DNA from: Candidatus Fervidifonticultor quintus
GTDB taxonomy: Bacteria; Sysuimicrobiota; Sysuimicrobiia; Sysuimicrobiales; Humicultoraceae
DNA: 53,188 nt
NCBI GenBank assembly: GCA_031459535.1
Contig: JAVKIJ010000010.1
Span: 1 to 53,188 of the forward strand
Reading direction: 5' to 3'
Every line of letters starts with the position of its first letter. Positions within the stretch are counted from its first letter, which is position 1. The notes beneath the pieces were generated by a model. The model did no database searches. It had not been told where the DNA came from and saw nothing but the letters and a program-made list of their open reading frames with translations. A program made the translations under genes and the position numbers. Below, in pieces: positions 28,386 to 38,506 of the stretch.

Positions 28386-29936
28386 CTACCGGCCCAACCA
28401 CGCGTTCCAGAACACATGATGATGAGGAAAGGTGTATCCCTGCAGCTCCGGCCGGCGCACGTGAAGTGGGAAGAAGTCGCCGAATTTCACCGAGCCCGCA
28501 GCCTCATACCATGTGGCCTGGGCCCGCTGCCAAATGGCGCTGCGCACGCTGGGCCGGCCGTGACGTCGCAGCAGGGTTAGCATCGCACGCATGTCGGGGT
28601 GATCAAACCAGCCGGGCCATGTGGGCTGGAGCTCCACGAGGAATGTCGGGTCTGGCACAAAGCCGCCCTGGGCGCTGAAGACATCCCATAGTTCGGGGCG
28701 GACCCTCCGCTGGACAAGAGTGGCCCAATCGGTGAACTGCAGCTCAATGGTGAATCCGGCTCGCTCCAGGGCGGGCTTCGCGATCTGCGCGGATATCCCC
28801 AGGTGGGGAAACTCCATCGTCGTCAACCATCGGATGGGCTCGCCCCGGTACCCGGCCTCGGCGAGCAGGCGTTGCGCTCGCGCCGGGTCGTTCCGGTTGT
28901 AGTGCTCCTTGCCGGCCTCGGTCCACATGGGCGTTCCCTTTGGCATCAGGCTGGGTTCGAGCCTCCAGAACCCCTCACTGCCGAACGTCCCCTGCAGGAT
29001 CGCGCGATAGTCCAAAGCGGTTTGAAACGCCTTACGGATCTTGGTCTCGGCCATGGGTCCGCGCCGGTTGTTCAAGATGGCGTACAGCCGCCAGGGCACG
29101 GTACCGGGTATAGCGACGACCCCGCGATGGTGTTGAAGCCTGCTCTGTTCGTCCGTGGGAATGTTCTCGGCAAACTCATAGTCTCCACGCTGCACACCCG
29201 CTACGCGCACGGCGGCATCGGGGACCGGAAGGAAGTAGATCCGGTCGAAAAACGCCCTCTTGCGTCCGGTGGCGCCATCCGGCGCCTCCACGCGTGACTG
29301 ATAGCCTTCGAAGCGGTCCAATCGGATGTGCCGGTCCGGGAGATGTTCGACAAAGCGGTAGGGCCCCGTCCCTATGAAACGCTTGATCATGCCGCCAGCG
29401 GCCTCGTCTACGACTTCCTTTGGGAAGATCACCGCGGCCTGGGTGGGAAACGCGAGCTGCTCGACCAGCAGCCCGTACGGTTCGCGCAGCTTTACCTCGA
29501 TTGTGTACCGATCCACCGCCACCACGGCCGTCACGTTGGCGAACATGATCTGGCCAAAGCTGGCGACACGCCCCCACCGCTCCAGCGAGGCGACCACGTC
29601 CTCGCTGGTCAGCTCCTTCCCGCTGTGAAACCTGACACCCTGCCGAAGGCCGATGCGGTAGAGGCGGCGGTCCGCGGCGATGAACCACCGGTCGGCGAGC
29701 ATGGGCCTCGGTGCCAGATCGCCATTCAGGGCGAACAATCCCTCGGTGACATGATGCATGATATTCCCGACAATATGCGCGGTGGTCCAGTGCTGATCGA
29801 GCGTCGGTGGCTCCCCAATGAGGGCCACCCGAAGCACGCCGCCGTGCTGCGCCTCCTGCGCTGGGGCCGGCGGCACGGCCGTCAGCAGGACAGCCAGCAG
29901 CAGGACCCTGAGGACGGGGTCTGATCGGCTCCGCAT
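28386..29936 (-). CDS. Orphan ABC substrate-binding protein, family 5
   Basis: GGVLRVALIGEPPTLD, LRQGVRFHSG, IGTGPYRF. Confidence 0.88.
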   Translation of the reverse strand: MRSRSDPVLRVLLLAVLLTAVPPAPAQEAQHGGVLRVALIGEPPTLDQHWTTAHIVGNIMHHVTEGLFALNGDLAPRPMLADRWFIAADRRLYRIGLRQGVRFHSGKELTSEDVVASLERWGRVASFGQIMFANVTAVVAVDRYTIEVKLREPYGLLVEQLAFPTQAAVIFPKEVVDEAAGGMIKRFIGTGPYRFVEHLPDRHIRLDRFEGYQSRVEAPDGATGRKRAFFDRIYFLPVPDAAVRVAGVQRGDYEFAENIPTDEQSRLQHHRGVVAIPGTVPWRLYAILNNRRGPMAETKIRKAFQTALDYRAILQGTFGSEGFWRLEPSLMPKGTPMWTEAGKEHYNRNDPARAQRLLAEAGYRGEPIRWLTTMEFPHLGISAQIAKPALERAGFTIELQFTDWATLVQRRVRPELWDVFSAQGGFVPDPTFLVELQPTWPGWFDHPDMRAMLTLLRRHGRPSVRSAIWQRAQATWYEAAGSVKFGDFFPLHVRRPELQGYTFPHHHVFWNAWLGR

Positions 29937-29942
29937 CGTCTC

Positions 29943-31559
29943 CTATCCTCTGCCGGATCGCGCGCTCGTGGACCTGACATGGAGAATCTTGCCGGCGGCC
30001 GTGGCGCGCGGGCGCTCGCGCCGGATTTCCAGCCAGCCGCCGTGCCGCCAGTAGACCTGTGCCACCCGCTCGGCATCGCCGATCCTCGCCAGTGCGGCCA
30101 GGAACGTGTCGATGACGTCACGTTCGGCGAGCGGGCCTACGGCGGGATCCACCGCGAGCACAAGACGGGGCTGGCCCTCAGATCCTTCCTCCTCGATCAG
30201 TTGATAGTCGGATGGTCCGCCACCGAAGCGGGTTGGCAGCTCTGCGTCCAGCACCGCAGCCACGTCAGCGTCAAGAAACGTCACACCTCCGGCCGTGAGT
30301 TTCTCCGAACTCCTGACGCCCGACAGGTGTCGTCTCCAGCCTATCCGGGAGAGCGGGCAATCACACGCCCGTTCGAACAGCGTCCCCTGATCTCCCAGTG
30401 AGGCATTGACAAGGAGCATCGGGGCCGTCGGGCGCAGTGTGGTGACCAACAGAGTCCTGGGCTGCAGCTTGGCCACGAGATCACTTTGACCCGGCTGGAT
30501 CAAGGCCACCAGGTCGTCCAGGACGTGCATATCATCCGCGGCCTGCGGGTTCAGGCAACTCAACGCGATCGCGTATGTCTCGGCTGTACCGTAGACCGTC
30601 GTCACCCGGCCGCCGGCTTGACGGATCACCGAGGCGCGCGCCTCGGTGAGAGGCTCCCCGCTCACGGTGAATTGGGCCCCGCTCAAGTCCAGGCCCGCCG
30701 CCGCTGCCGCGCGGCAGAGCCGCAGGGTCGCACTGGGGAAACTCCACAGGTGCGGTACCTCACCTCGATCCAGGCAGGCGGCCATCCAGCGAGCCACAGG
30801 AAGCGGATCCTCGATGGACGCCGGCGCCGGCTTTGGCAGCTCCACGCCAGCCAGGAGTCCGCCGAGCTGAAGCACCCGCTCGACCCACCGGTACCGGCCG
30901 GGCAATCTGGCGATCCTCGGATCGATCTGCGTGAACCACCGGGCGACGGGCAATCCCGCGCCTGCATGCCACAGGATCCACGCGAGAGGCATGCCCCCGG
31001 GTACCGTCCAGATGGCGTGCCGCCACCCGAGCCCACCGCGAGCCTCATATTCGACCAGCTGATCTGCCGCGCGGTCGATGAGAAAGTCCAGCACCACAGG
31101 AACGGTTGTCCGCGGCCCGCGGCTACCTCCGGTGTAGAGGCGCAGGTCGCCGCCGACGAGCGGGTTACGGAGCTCTTGGGGCCTGAGGTCGAAGCTGGCA
31201 CTCCCTCGACGCACGGCGACCCGTCCCTTCATCTCATCCACCGTGAGGTACACGCCGCGCATGTACAAGGTCGCCAACGCGGCGTCCAACCCTTCCGACC
31301 TCACCAGACGCTCGAGATCACCATACGTACAACCCGCGATCGAGAACAGTCGGGCGTACGGTCGCTCGGGCCGGGCGAAGATGCCGTCGCGCGCCATAAC
31401 CAGAAACAGCTCGCCGCGCTGTGCAAGTCGCTGGCTCACCGACGCCCTGGCCTCCTCGAGGCGAATGGGGTGCCGAAGCCACCGCGGTAACCGCCACAGC
31501 AAGCGCGCGCCGAGGCGCGCGTCATCAAAGAGTTGAACCGCCCTGCCGAGCGGGCTCAC
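29943..31559 (-). CDS. Hypothetical protein, PaaK/phenylacetate-CoA-ligase-like adenylate-forming fold
   Basis: TGGSRG P-loop-like motif, SGEPLT, VYGTAE, GD..G, CDC, TAAGKI C-terminus. Confidence 0.6.
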   Translation of the reverse strand: MSPLGRAVQLFDDARLGARLLWRLPRWLRHPIRLEEARASVSQRLAQRGELFLVMARDGIFARPERPYARLFSIAGCTYGDLERLVRSEGLDAALATLYMRGVYLTVDEMKGRVAVRRGSASFDLRPQELRNPLVGGDLRLYTGGSRGPRTTVPVVLDFLIDRAADQLVEYEARGGLGWRHAIWTVPGGMPLAWILWHAGAGLPVARWFTQIDPRIARLPGRYRWVERVLQLGGLLAGVELPKPAPASIEDPLPVARWMAACLDRGEVPHLWSFPSATLRLCRAAAAAGLDLSGAQFTVSGEPLTEARASVIRQAGGRVTTVYGTAETYAIALSCLNPQAADDMHVLDDLVALIQPGQSDLVAKLQPRTLLVTTLRPTAPMLLVNASLGDQGTLFERACDCPLSRIGWRRHLSGVRSSEKLTAGGVTFLDADVAAVLDAELPTRFGGGPSDYQLIEEEGSEGQPRLVLAVDPAVGPLAERDVIDTFLAALARIGDAERVAQVYWRHGGWLEIRRERPRATAAGKILHVRSTSARSGRG

Positions 31560-31652
31560 AGTGTGTTCCAGTCTGGGCGCATCCTGCCTCTCCTGACCTC
31601 GCTTCGCACCACTGGCGCGTCACAGAAGGGCGTCCTCGCCTGGGGCTCCAGC

Positions 31653-32180
31653 TCAGAGGCAGAAGTCCCTAACCACAGCCGGTGGGAACTCCCCTCGTCC
31701 GATGGCCCTGACCAAATCGTCGAGGACGCGCCGGGCGTGCTGGGCTTGCCGCATGGTGAGCACTCCGTGCCGCACCGCCTCTTGAAACTCGTCCTCGTCG
31801 AGGACAACATGCCTCCCGTCCGGCGAGACCCACAGATCGAGGAATAGGTCTATGATCGGTTCAAGCGTAGCCGGCTCCGCGCCCTGCCAGCGTACCGGCT
31901 CCAGGATATCGACGTAGTAGCCCGTCCACGTTCCGTCCGGCCGGTAGAAGCGCCCGACATCGAAGGGTTGGTCCTTGAAGACGAACCACACCGCCCAGTA
32001 GCCGTGGTCCACCACTCGCTCGCCCAGAATGTTCAGGGGCTTCGAAGGCGCGGACTCGTGGGCCACCACCATGACATCGTTGGTCGCATCCAGGAGGAGC
32101 GATCTGAACACGACCCGCCGATTGGGCGGGCGGATGAAGTCGAAGGCCAGCTCACCTCTGGCCCGGTCGCGTGGAATCAC
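31653..32180 (-). CDS. DUF402-domain protein
   Basis: WTGYYVDI, DLFLDLWV.PDG...VLDEDEF. Confidence 0.8.
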   Translation of the reverse strand: MIPRDRARGELAFDFIRPPNRRVVFRSLLLDATNDVMVVAHESAPSKPLNILGERVVDHGYWAVWFVFKDQPFDVGRFYRPDGTWTGYYVDILEPVRWQGAEPATLEPIIDLFLDLWVSPDGRHVVLDEDEFQEAVRHGVLTMRQAQHARRVLDDLVRAIGRGEFPPAVVRDFCL

Positions 32181-32377
32181 GAGTGGCCCCCCAACCAGCG
32201 CACAGAGGCCGGCGTCAGCCGCAATGGAAACGGCCCGGGCACCGGGGTGGTCACCATGGCGCCCCGGTCCGACCCACGCAGAAATACGATGATAAGACCG
32301 GTGCCCGGCACCGTTCCCCGAAAGATGAAACAGGGGCCCAGGCGCATCTTGATGACGACCTCAATCTCGGTGTCCAT
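32177..32377 (-). CDS. Small hypothetical protein
   Basis: ORF MDTEIEVVIKMRLGPCFIFRG... whose stop overlaps the DUF402 start (GTGA coupling); start uncertain. Confidence 0.4.
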   Translation of the reverse strand: MDTEIEVVIKMRLGPCFIFRGTVPGTGLIIVFLRGSDRGAMVTTPVPGPFPLRLTPASVRWLGGHS

Positions 32378-32576
32378 GCAATCGTCCAGAGGCCCGAATC
32401 GCGCCCGATTGTTTCGCGTTGCCTCGAGTTCTTCCTTCAGACTCTTCGACAACGCTTGGGAGTTCCGCAGCCGCGGTCTGCTGGAAGGTCGGATCGGCAC
32501 CGCAATCGGGGAGCCCGATTCCCGGGCCGGCGGCCTCAGGAATCGCGTGTGCAGAAGCCCTTCCCGAACGATAGGC

Positions 32577-32653
32577 TGGTGGGCCCTGGTGGACTCGAAC
32601 CACCGACCTCGCCCTTATCAGGGGCGCGCTCTCACCACCTGAGCTAAGGGCCC
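32577..32653 (-). tRNA. tRNA-Ile(GAT)
   Basis: GGGCCCTTAGCTCAGGTGGTGAGAGCGCGCCCCT-GAT-AAGGGCGAGGTCGGTGGTTCGAGTCCACCAGGGCCCACCA; encoded CCA. Confidence 0.97.
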
Positions 32654-32666
32654 AGGGAGTACATTG

Positions 32667-32696
32667 AGTATATCCCGTCGCGGCCGCCCCGGGCAA
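32667..32696 (-). promoter_or_regulatory. sigma70-type promoter of tRNA-Ile
   Basis: TTGCCC-18 bp-TATACT on the minus strand. Confidence 0.7.
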
Positions 32697-32719
32697 CCGC
32701 CATCGGCAGACCCGGACCA

Positions 32720-33910
32720 CTAGGCTGCCTTCGTATTGTTCTCCTCGAACTCCCGGCGGACCGCGCCGAGGAAGTCCGGTTCCGTCAGCAGGTCGTAGGC
32801 CGTGAGGGCCATGGCTTTCGCCGCCGCCAGCATGGCCTGCATCCCGCGCTCCGACAGGGCCGCCTCGCGGAATTCCACGCTGTGCCCGGCCAGGTCCTTC
32901 GGCCCGATGGCGACGTACGGGTGGATCGAAGGCACCGCCTGGCTGACGTCGCCCATGTCGGTAGACCCCATCCGGGGCCGGTCGGGCGGCGGGTCCTGCG
33001 CATAGCCCAGTCGTTCTAGGTAGCGGGCGAACCGTTCGCCCATGGCGTGGTTCGGCCGCATGGCGTCGTACCCCTTGCGCACCGTGTGCTCCAGCGTCGC
33101 GCCTGTAGCCATCGCGGCGCCCTCGGCGCAGTGGATGACGCGATGCAGCAGGTCCAGGGCGTAGGCGCTGTCGGCGGCGCGCACGGTGAATGTGGCCTCG
33201 GCACGGTCGGGAATGATGTTGGGTGCCGCGCCGCCGTAGGTGATGATGCCGTGGATGCGGGCGTCCTCTCGGGTCTGCTGGCGCAGCAGGCCGATGGCGT
33301 TGAAGGTCTGGATCATCGCGTCCAGGGCGTTGATGCCTTCGTAGGGCGCCGCTGCCGCGTGCGCGGCCTTGCCCAGGAACTTCAGCGACAACCGGTAGGA
33401 GGCCAGCGAGCCGCGGTTGGTGAGCGTGTAGCCCGCCGGGTGGAACATCATGGCCGCATCCAGGCCCTCGAAGGCGCCCTTCTGCAGCATGATGACCTTC
33501 CCCCCACCGCCCTCTTCGGCGGGCGTGCCCAGGACCACCGCCCGGCCGCCGAGCTGCTCACGGACGGCGGCCAGCCCAATGCCGGCTCCCACGGCGGCGG
33601 TCGAGATCAGGTTGTGGCCGCAGGCATGCCCGATCTCCGGCAGCGCGTCGTACTCGGCCAGGATGGCCACGGCCGGCCGCGCGTGGGCCCCCCTGATCTC
33701 CGCGCGGAAGGCGGTTTCCAGATCGGCAATGCCACGCTCGACCTTGTACCCGTATCGCGCCAGCGTCTCGGTCAGCCATGCGGCGGCCTGGTGCTCCTGA
33801 AACCCGATCTCGGGCGTGGCATGAATGCGCCGGGCGAGGGCTACCAGCTCCCCGGCTGCCGCGTCAATGGCGGCCAGAATCTGTTCGTGCATCGTCGTCG
33901 GTGCCTCCAT
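32720..33910 (-). CDS. M20 family amidohydrolase
   Basis: IHATPEIGFQE, AEYDALP..GHACGHN, GTPAEEGGGGK, GSTDMGDVS. Confidence 0.9.
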   Translation of the reverse strand: MEAPTTMHEQILAAIDAAAGELVALARRIHATPEIGFQEHQAAAWLTETLARYGYKVERGIADLETAFRAEIRGAHARPAVAILAEYDALPEIGHACGHNLISTAAVGAGIGLAAVREQLGGRAVVLGTPAEEGGGGKVIMLQKGAFEGLDAAMMFHPAGYTLTNRGSLASYRLSLKFLGKAAHAAAAPYEGINALDAMIQTFNAIGLLRQQTREDARIHGIITYGGAAPNIIPDRAEATFTVRAADSAYALDLLHRVIHCAEGAAMATGATLEHTVRKGYDAMRPNHAMGERFARYLERLGYAQDPPPDRPRMGSTDMGDVSQAVPSIHPYVAIGPKDLAGHSVEFREAALSERGMQAMLAAAKAMALTAYDLLTEPDFLGAVRREFEENNTKAA

Positions 33911-33964
33911 GCGGCGGGTTGGATCAGCTTTCGGCGACCGGGATGGGTGATTCCTCCAGCCGCG

Positions 33965-35182
33965 CTACGTGACGGCCAGGCGGACGATGCGGCGGCGCCC
34001 GACGCGGACGACGGTGCCGGTACGCACCGGGACCGTGGCGTCAATGTGCGTGAGACGGGCGCCATCCACCGTGACCCCGCCCTGACTGATGAGCCGCCGG
34101 GCCTCTCGGTTGCTCTCGGCGAGCCCGGTTGCGACCAACAGCCGCACGAGCGGCATGCGCCCGCCCGGCGCGTCGTCGGACGCAATAGCGGCCTCGGGGA
34201 TGTCGTCGGGCAAGTCCTTCTCGACGAAGACCCGCTCAAAGGCTGCCTCGGCAGTCCGGGCGGCCTCTGCGCCGTGCCACACCTCGACGATGGCCCGCGC
34301 CAGCCGGCGCTTCGCGTCGCGGGGGTGCACGCTCCCGTCTCGGAGTCCGGCGCAAATGGCCTCCACCTCGGCCATCGGGACGTCGGTGGTGAACTCGAAG
34401 TACATCGGCATGAGGGCATCGGGGATCGACATCGCTTTCCCGAACATCTCGTTCGGCGCCTCGGTAATGCCGATGTAGTTGCCCAGCGACTTGCTCATCT
34501 TCTCGACGCCGTCCAACCCGGGCAACAACGGGGTGAGCACCACGACCTGCGGGCTCTGGCCCACCTCGCGCTGGAGCTCGCGGCCCATGAGATTGTTGAA
34601 CTTCTGATCCGTGCCGCCCAGCTCCACGTCGGCGGCCAGGGCCACGGAGTCGTAGGCCTGGCACAGCGGGTACAGCAGCTCGTGCAGGTGGATGGGCACA
34701 CCGTCCCTGAGCCGCGTGGCGAAATCGTCCCGCTCCAGGATCCGGGCCACGGTGGCGCGCGAGGCCAGGCGAATGACGTCGGCGAATGTCATCGTGCCCA
34801 GCCACTGGCTGTTGAAGACCACACGGGTCCGGTCCGGATCGAGGATCAGGCTGTACTGCGCCCGGTAGGTTGCGGCATTCTCGGCGATCTCCTCGGCCGA
34901 GAGCATCGGCCGCGCCTGCTTCTTCCCGGTCGGATCGCCGATCATGGCGGTGAAGTCACCAATGACGATGATCGCCTCGTGGCCCAGGTCCTGGAACTGC
35001 CGCAGCTTGCGCAGCACAATGGCACTGCCCAGATGGAGGTCGGGCGCCGAGGGATCCAGCCCCAGCTTCACCCGCAAGGGACGCCCCTCGCGCAGCTTGG
35101 CCAACAGATCCTCCTCTGAGATGATCTCCACAACCCCGCGCCGCAGGCGTTCCAGTTGCGCTTCGGGCGGCAGAAACGACAT
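33965..35182 (-). CDS. tyrS: Tyrosine--tRNA ligase
   Basis: KLGLDPSAPDLHLG, QAYDS, ELGGTDQKFN, KMSKS, C-terminal S4 domain. Confidence 0.96.
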   Translation of the reverse strand: MSFLPPEAQLERLRRGVVEIISEEDLLAKLREGRPLRVKLGLDPSAPDLHLGSAIVLRKLRQFQDLGHEAIIVIGDFTAMIGDPTGKKQARPMLSAEEIAENAATYRAQYSLILDPDRTRVVFNSQWLGTMTFADVIRLASRATVARILERDDFATRLRDGVPIHLHELLYPLCQAYDSVALAADVELGGTDQKFNNLMGRELQREVGQSPQVVVLTPLLPGLDGVEKMSKSLGNYIGITEAPNEMFGKAMSIPDALMPMYFEFTTDVPMAEVEAICAGLRDGSVHPRDAKRRLARAIVEVWHGAEAARTAEAAFERVFVEKDLPDDIPEAAIASDDAPGGRMPLVRLLVATGLAESNREARRLISQGGVTVDGARLTHIDATVPVRTGTVVRVGRRRIVRLAVT

Positions 35183-35203
35183 GGGTAGAGGCCTCCGTTT
35201 CGC

Positions 35204-37567
35204 CTACAGGTTCAGGGTTACGACGGTCGCGCCGCTTGAGCCTTCGCCGCGCTCACCCAGGCGATAGCTGCGCACGTGGGGGTGGCCGCGCAGGAAGTCG
35301 TGCAGCGCCCGGCGCAGCGCGCCAGTGCCCTTCCCGTGGACGATGGTCACCTGGGGCAAGCCGGCCCGCATCGCCTCATCGAGGTAACGGTCCGCAGCCA
35401 GGAGCGCCTCGTCCACCGTCTGGCCCCGCACGTTGAGCGAGAGCGGCACCGGCGGGCTGGCCGGCACCTCGACCGCGCCGGCGGGGCGGGTCGCGGCAGG
35501 GGCCGAGACCTGGCGCAGCGCCGCGCGGGGCACGCGGGCGCGGATCGGTCCGACCTCGACCTCGACCTCGTCGTGGGCGTCCGGCGCCCCTCGCACGATC
35601 CCGGTACAGCCGAGCGCGGTGACGAATACGGGCTGGCCAGCCGCGACCCGTTCTACCGGCTCTCCCGGTGGCGCCGGGGGCGGCTCAGGGGCGGGCAGGG
35701 CATCGAGCGCCGCCCGCAGGTGCGCCCGGGCCTGCCTGACCGCGGCCTCGGTCCGTGCCGCCCGGACCTCGGCCATGATGGCGTCCAGCTGGCGGCGCGT
35801 CTGTTCCACGATGGCTTCTCCGGCGCGCCGCGCCTCGGCCAGTAGCCGCCGGCGCTCGGCGCGCAGGCGTTCCAGTTCGGCCATCAGGCGTCCGGCTGCC
35901 TCCTCGGCGGCCGCGCGGGCTGCCGCGGCATCGGCGCGGTCACGCTCGGCGGCCGCGCGGTCGCGGGCGAGATCGGCCAGCACCTGCTCGATGGCCTGCT
36001 GCTCGGGCGTCAGGCTGGCGCGCGCCGCGGCTACGATGGCCGGATCGAGCCCCAGGCGCGCGGCGATGAGCAGGGCGTTGCTGCGGCCAGGCAGGCCGGT
36101 GCGCAACCGGAACGTGGGCTGCAGCGTCTCGGCGTCGAATTCGACCGAGGCGTTCTCGACGCCGGGCTCGGTTGAGGCCAGCATCTTCAGCTCGTTATAG
36201 TGCGTCGTCACCACGGTGCGCACGCCGCGGCGGTGCAGGGCCTCGACGATGGCGCGCGCCAGCGCGGTGCCCTCGGTCGGGTCTGTTCCGGCACCGACCT
36301 CGTCCAGCAACACCAGCGCCGACGGCCGCAGGTCCCGCAGCATGCCCACGATGGCGGTCATGTGCGACGAGAAGGTGGACAGGTTCTGGGCGATCGACTG
36401 CTCGTCGCCGATGTCGGCGCAGATCTGCTCGAAGACCGCCACCGCGCTCCCCTCGAGCGCGGGGATCTGGAGCCCGGCCTGCGCCATCACGGTGAGCAGC
36501 CCGATGGTCTTGAGCGCCACGGTCTTCCCACCCGTGTTGGGCCCGGTGATCACCAGCGTGGTGAAGGACCGGCCCAGCTCCACGTCGATCGGAACCACCT
36601 CATCGTGGCCACGCAGCAGCGCCAGCACCGGATGCCTGGCCCCAACCAGCCGCAGACTCCCGTCGGTGCGGACCTCGGGCATCGTGCAGCGCAGGCGCGC
36701 CGCAAGGCCCGCTTTGGCGGCGGCCAGGTCCAGCGTGGCCAGCACGCGGCCATTCTGTCTGATGGCGCCGGCCGCCTCCCCCACCGCTGCCGACAGACGC
36801 CGCAGGATGCGCAGGATCTCCTCGCGCTCGGCTGATTCCAGCTCGCGCTTCTGGTTGCCCAGGGGGATCAGGGACAGGGGCTCCATGAAGACGGTGGCGC
36901 CGCTTGAGCTCGCATCGTGCACGATGCCGGGGAACTGGGCCCGGTGTTCGGCCCGCACCGGCACCACGAACCGATCGCCGCGGGTCGTGATCAGCGACTC
37001 CTGGAGGTAGCGTGACAGGACCGGGTCGCGCAGCACCCGGTCCAGGGCCTCGCGCAGGCGCCGCTCGACGTCCCGGATCTGATCGCGGATGCGCCGCAGG
37101 TCCGGCGACGCAGCGTCTCTGACCTGCCCGCGCTCGTCCACCGCCTGGCCGATTGCTGCTTCGAGGTCGGAGCGGACCGCGAGCAGGTCTGCATGCGCGG
37201 CCAGGCGCGGGGCCCGCTGGCGCCGCGCGCGCAGGTACCCGCTCACCTGCCGGGCCACCCCCAGGGTCTGCGCCACGTCCAGCAGTTCCGGTGGCTCGAG
37301 CACGCCGCCCGCTGCGGCCCGAGCCACCAAGGGTTCCAGGTCCCGGGCGCCGCGCAGGGGGATTTCGGCCTCGGCGCATAGCAGGCTGGCTTCGGCCGTC
37401 TCGTCGAGCCAGGCTCGCACCTGTGAGGGGTCCGCCGAGGGCCGCAGCTCCAGAGCCCGCGCCCTCCCTATGGGCGTGACCGTGCCCTGGGCCAGAGCCT
37501 CCAGGATGCGGGGCAACTCCAGGAGGCGCAGCGTCCGCTCGTCGGCAGGCGCGATCGTTGCGGTCAC
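35204..37567 (-). CDS. mutS2: Endonuclease MutS2
   Basis: VITGPNTGGKT, DIGDEQSI.QNLSTFSSH, LLDEVGAGTDP, Smr domain IVHGKGTGAL. Confidence 0.95.
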   Translation of the reverse strand: MTATIAPADERTLRLLELPRILEALAQGTVTPIGRARALELRPSADPSQVRAWLDETAEASLLCAEAEIPLRGARDLEPLVARAAAGGVLEPPELLDVAQTLGVARQVSGYLRARRQRAPRLAAHADLLAVRSDLEAAIGQAVDERGQVRDAASPDLRRIRDQIRDVERRLREALDRVLRDPVLSRYLQESLITTRGDRFVVPVRAEHRAQFPGIVHDASSSGATVFMEPLSLIPLGNQKRELESAEREEILRILRRLSAAVGEAAGAIRQNGRVLATLDLAAAKAGLAARLRCTMPEVRTDGSLRLVGARHPVLALLRGHDEVVPIDVELGRSFTTLVITGPNTGGKTVALKTIGLLTVMAQAGLQIPALEGSAVAVFEQICADIGDEQSIAQNLSTFSSHMTAIVGMLRDLRPSALVLLDEVGAGTDPTEGTALARAIVEALHRRGVRTVVTTHYNELKMLASTEPGVENASVEFDAETLQPTFRLRTGLPGRSNALLIAARLGLDPAIVAAARASLTPEQQAIEQVLADLARDRAAAERDRADAAAARAAAEEAAGRLMAELERLRAERRRLLAEARRAGEAIVEQTRRQLDAIMAEVRAARTEAAVRQARAHLRAALDALPAPEPPPAPPGEPVERVAAGQPVFVTALGCTGIVRGAPDAHDEVEVEVGPIRARVPRAALRQVSAPAATRPAGAVEVPASPPVPLSLNVRGQTVDEALLAADRYLDEAMRAGLPQVTIVHGKGTGALRRALHDFLRGHPHVRSYRLGERGEGSSGATVVTLNL

Positions 37568-38499
37568 GGCGCGCTCTCCATGGGTGGACTCACGCCGGCT
37601 GCCGCGGTGCGGCCCAGCGCCGTCAGCACCGCCGGTGCGACATCGGTAATGGCCCGCACAGCCGAAAAGGCGTCCCGGGCCGGGCCGATCACCAGGACCG
37701 GCACGGGGTTGCGCGTGTGCACCGTAGTCCGGCTATCCTCGAGGTTGCCGTGATCGCTGGTCACCACCGTGGTGATATGCCGGTCCATCCCCTCGAGTAC
37801 GCCGGCCAGCAGGTCGTCCACCATGGGCACAACCGCGTCAGGCGTCAGGCTGATCCGACCATGCGCGGCCAGGTCGGTCAGAAAGAACTCGAAGAACGTC
37901 AGGTCTGCCGTCGCGGCGATTCCGGCCAGGCGGCGGCCCGCCTCACGCGGTGTCAGCTCGGGCAGCTCATATCCCCACTGTCGCAGCCGGCCGTTGGTGA
38001 GATCGTGGAACACCGCGCGGTTATCGCGCAGGTCGGCCAGGGTGCGCAAGCGCACGCCCGCGGTCTGTGCGGCGTACGTGACCGCCGCCATTCTCAGGCG
38101 GCGGCCGGCCAGCGCGGCGAAGTACTCGGGGCTGTACGCGTTCGCCAGCGCCACCTCCGCGCCCATGGGGCGGAGTCTGGCAAAGAGGCTGTATTGCGCC
38201 AGCACCTGGCGCAGGCTCGTGGTGGGATAGGCCGTGACGTGCCGCCCCGCGAGCCGGGGCGCGTTGAGCCCGGTGAGCAGAGCGGTCTGGCCCGTGGCGC
38301 TCTGCGGCAGACCGCCCACGCCCAGGGTGGCGTCTGCCGGCAGCAGCAACACCTCCGGCCGATCCACCACGCCCCGCATGGCCAGCGGGCCTCCCAGCAG
38401 GCGGTGGATCGTCGGCGTCGCGACGCGCGCAAACGGGTTGACCACAGGGTCGGGATCGCCGAGCCCGACGCCGTCGAGAAACAGCACGAGGACAGGCAC
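37564..38499 (-). CDS. Alkaline-phosphatase-superfamily metalloenzyme (phosphopentomutase/iPGM-like)
   Basis: LFLDGVG, PQSATGQTAL, DLAAH, TSDHGNLED, HTRNPVP. Confidence 0.8.
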   Translation of the reverse strand: MPVLVLFLDGVGLGDPDPVVNPFARVATPTIHRLLGGPLAMRGVVDRPEVLLLPADATLGVGGLPQSATGQTALLTGLNAPRLAGRHVTAYPTTSLRQVLAQYSLFARLRPMGAEVALANAYSPEYFAALAGRRLRMAAVTYAAQTAGVRLRTLADLRDNRAVFHDLTNGRLRQWGYELPELTPREAGRRLAGIAATADLTFFEFFLTDLAAHGRISLTPDAVVPMVDDLLAGVLEGMDRHITTVVTSDHGNLEDSRTTVHTRNPVPVLVIGPARDAFSAVRAITDVAPAVLTALGRTAAAGVSPPMESAP

Positions 38500-38506
38500 T
38501 CCCCCA

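Noticed and set aside
35018-35040. TyrS HIGH motif reads HLGS
   Set aside because: The last HIGH position varies naturally among TyrRS enzymes; all other motifs are intact.
33047-35119. 690-aa plus-strand ORF, and similar long ORFs (38985..40592, 43005..44291, 44463..46334)
   Set aside because: Antisense shadows of well-supported genes in high-GC DNA; no recognisable motifs.
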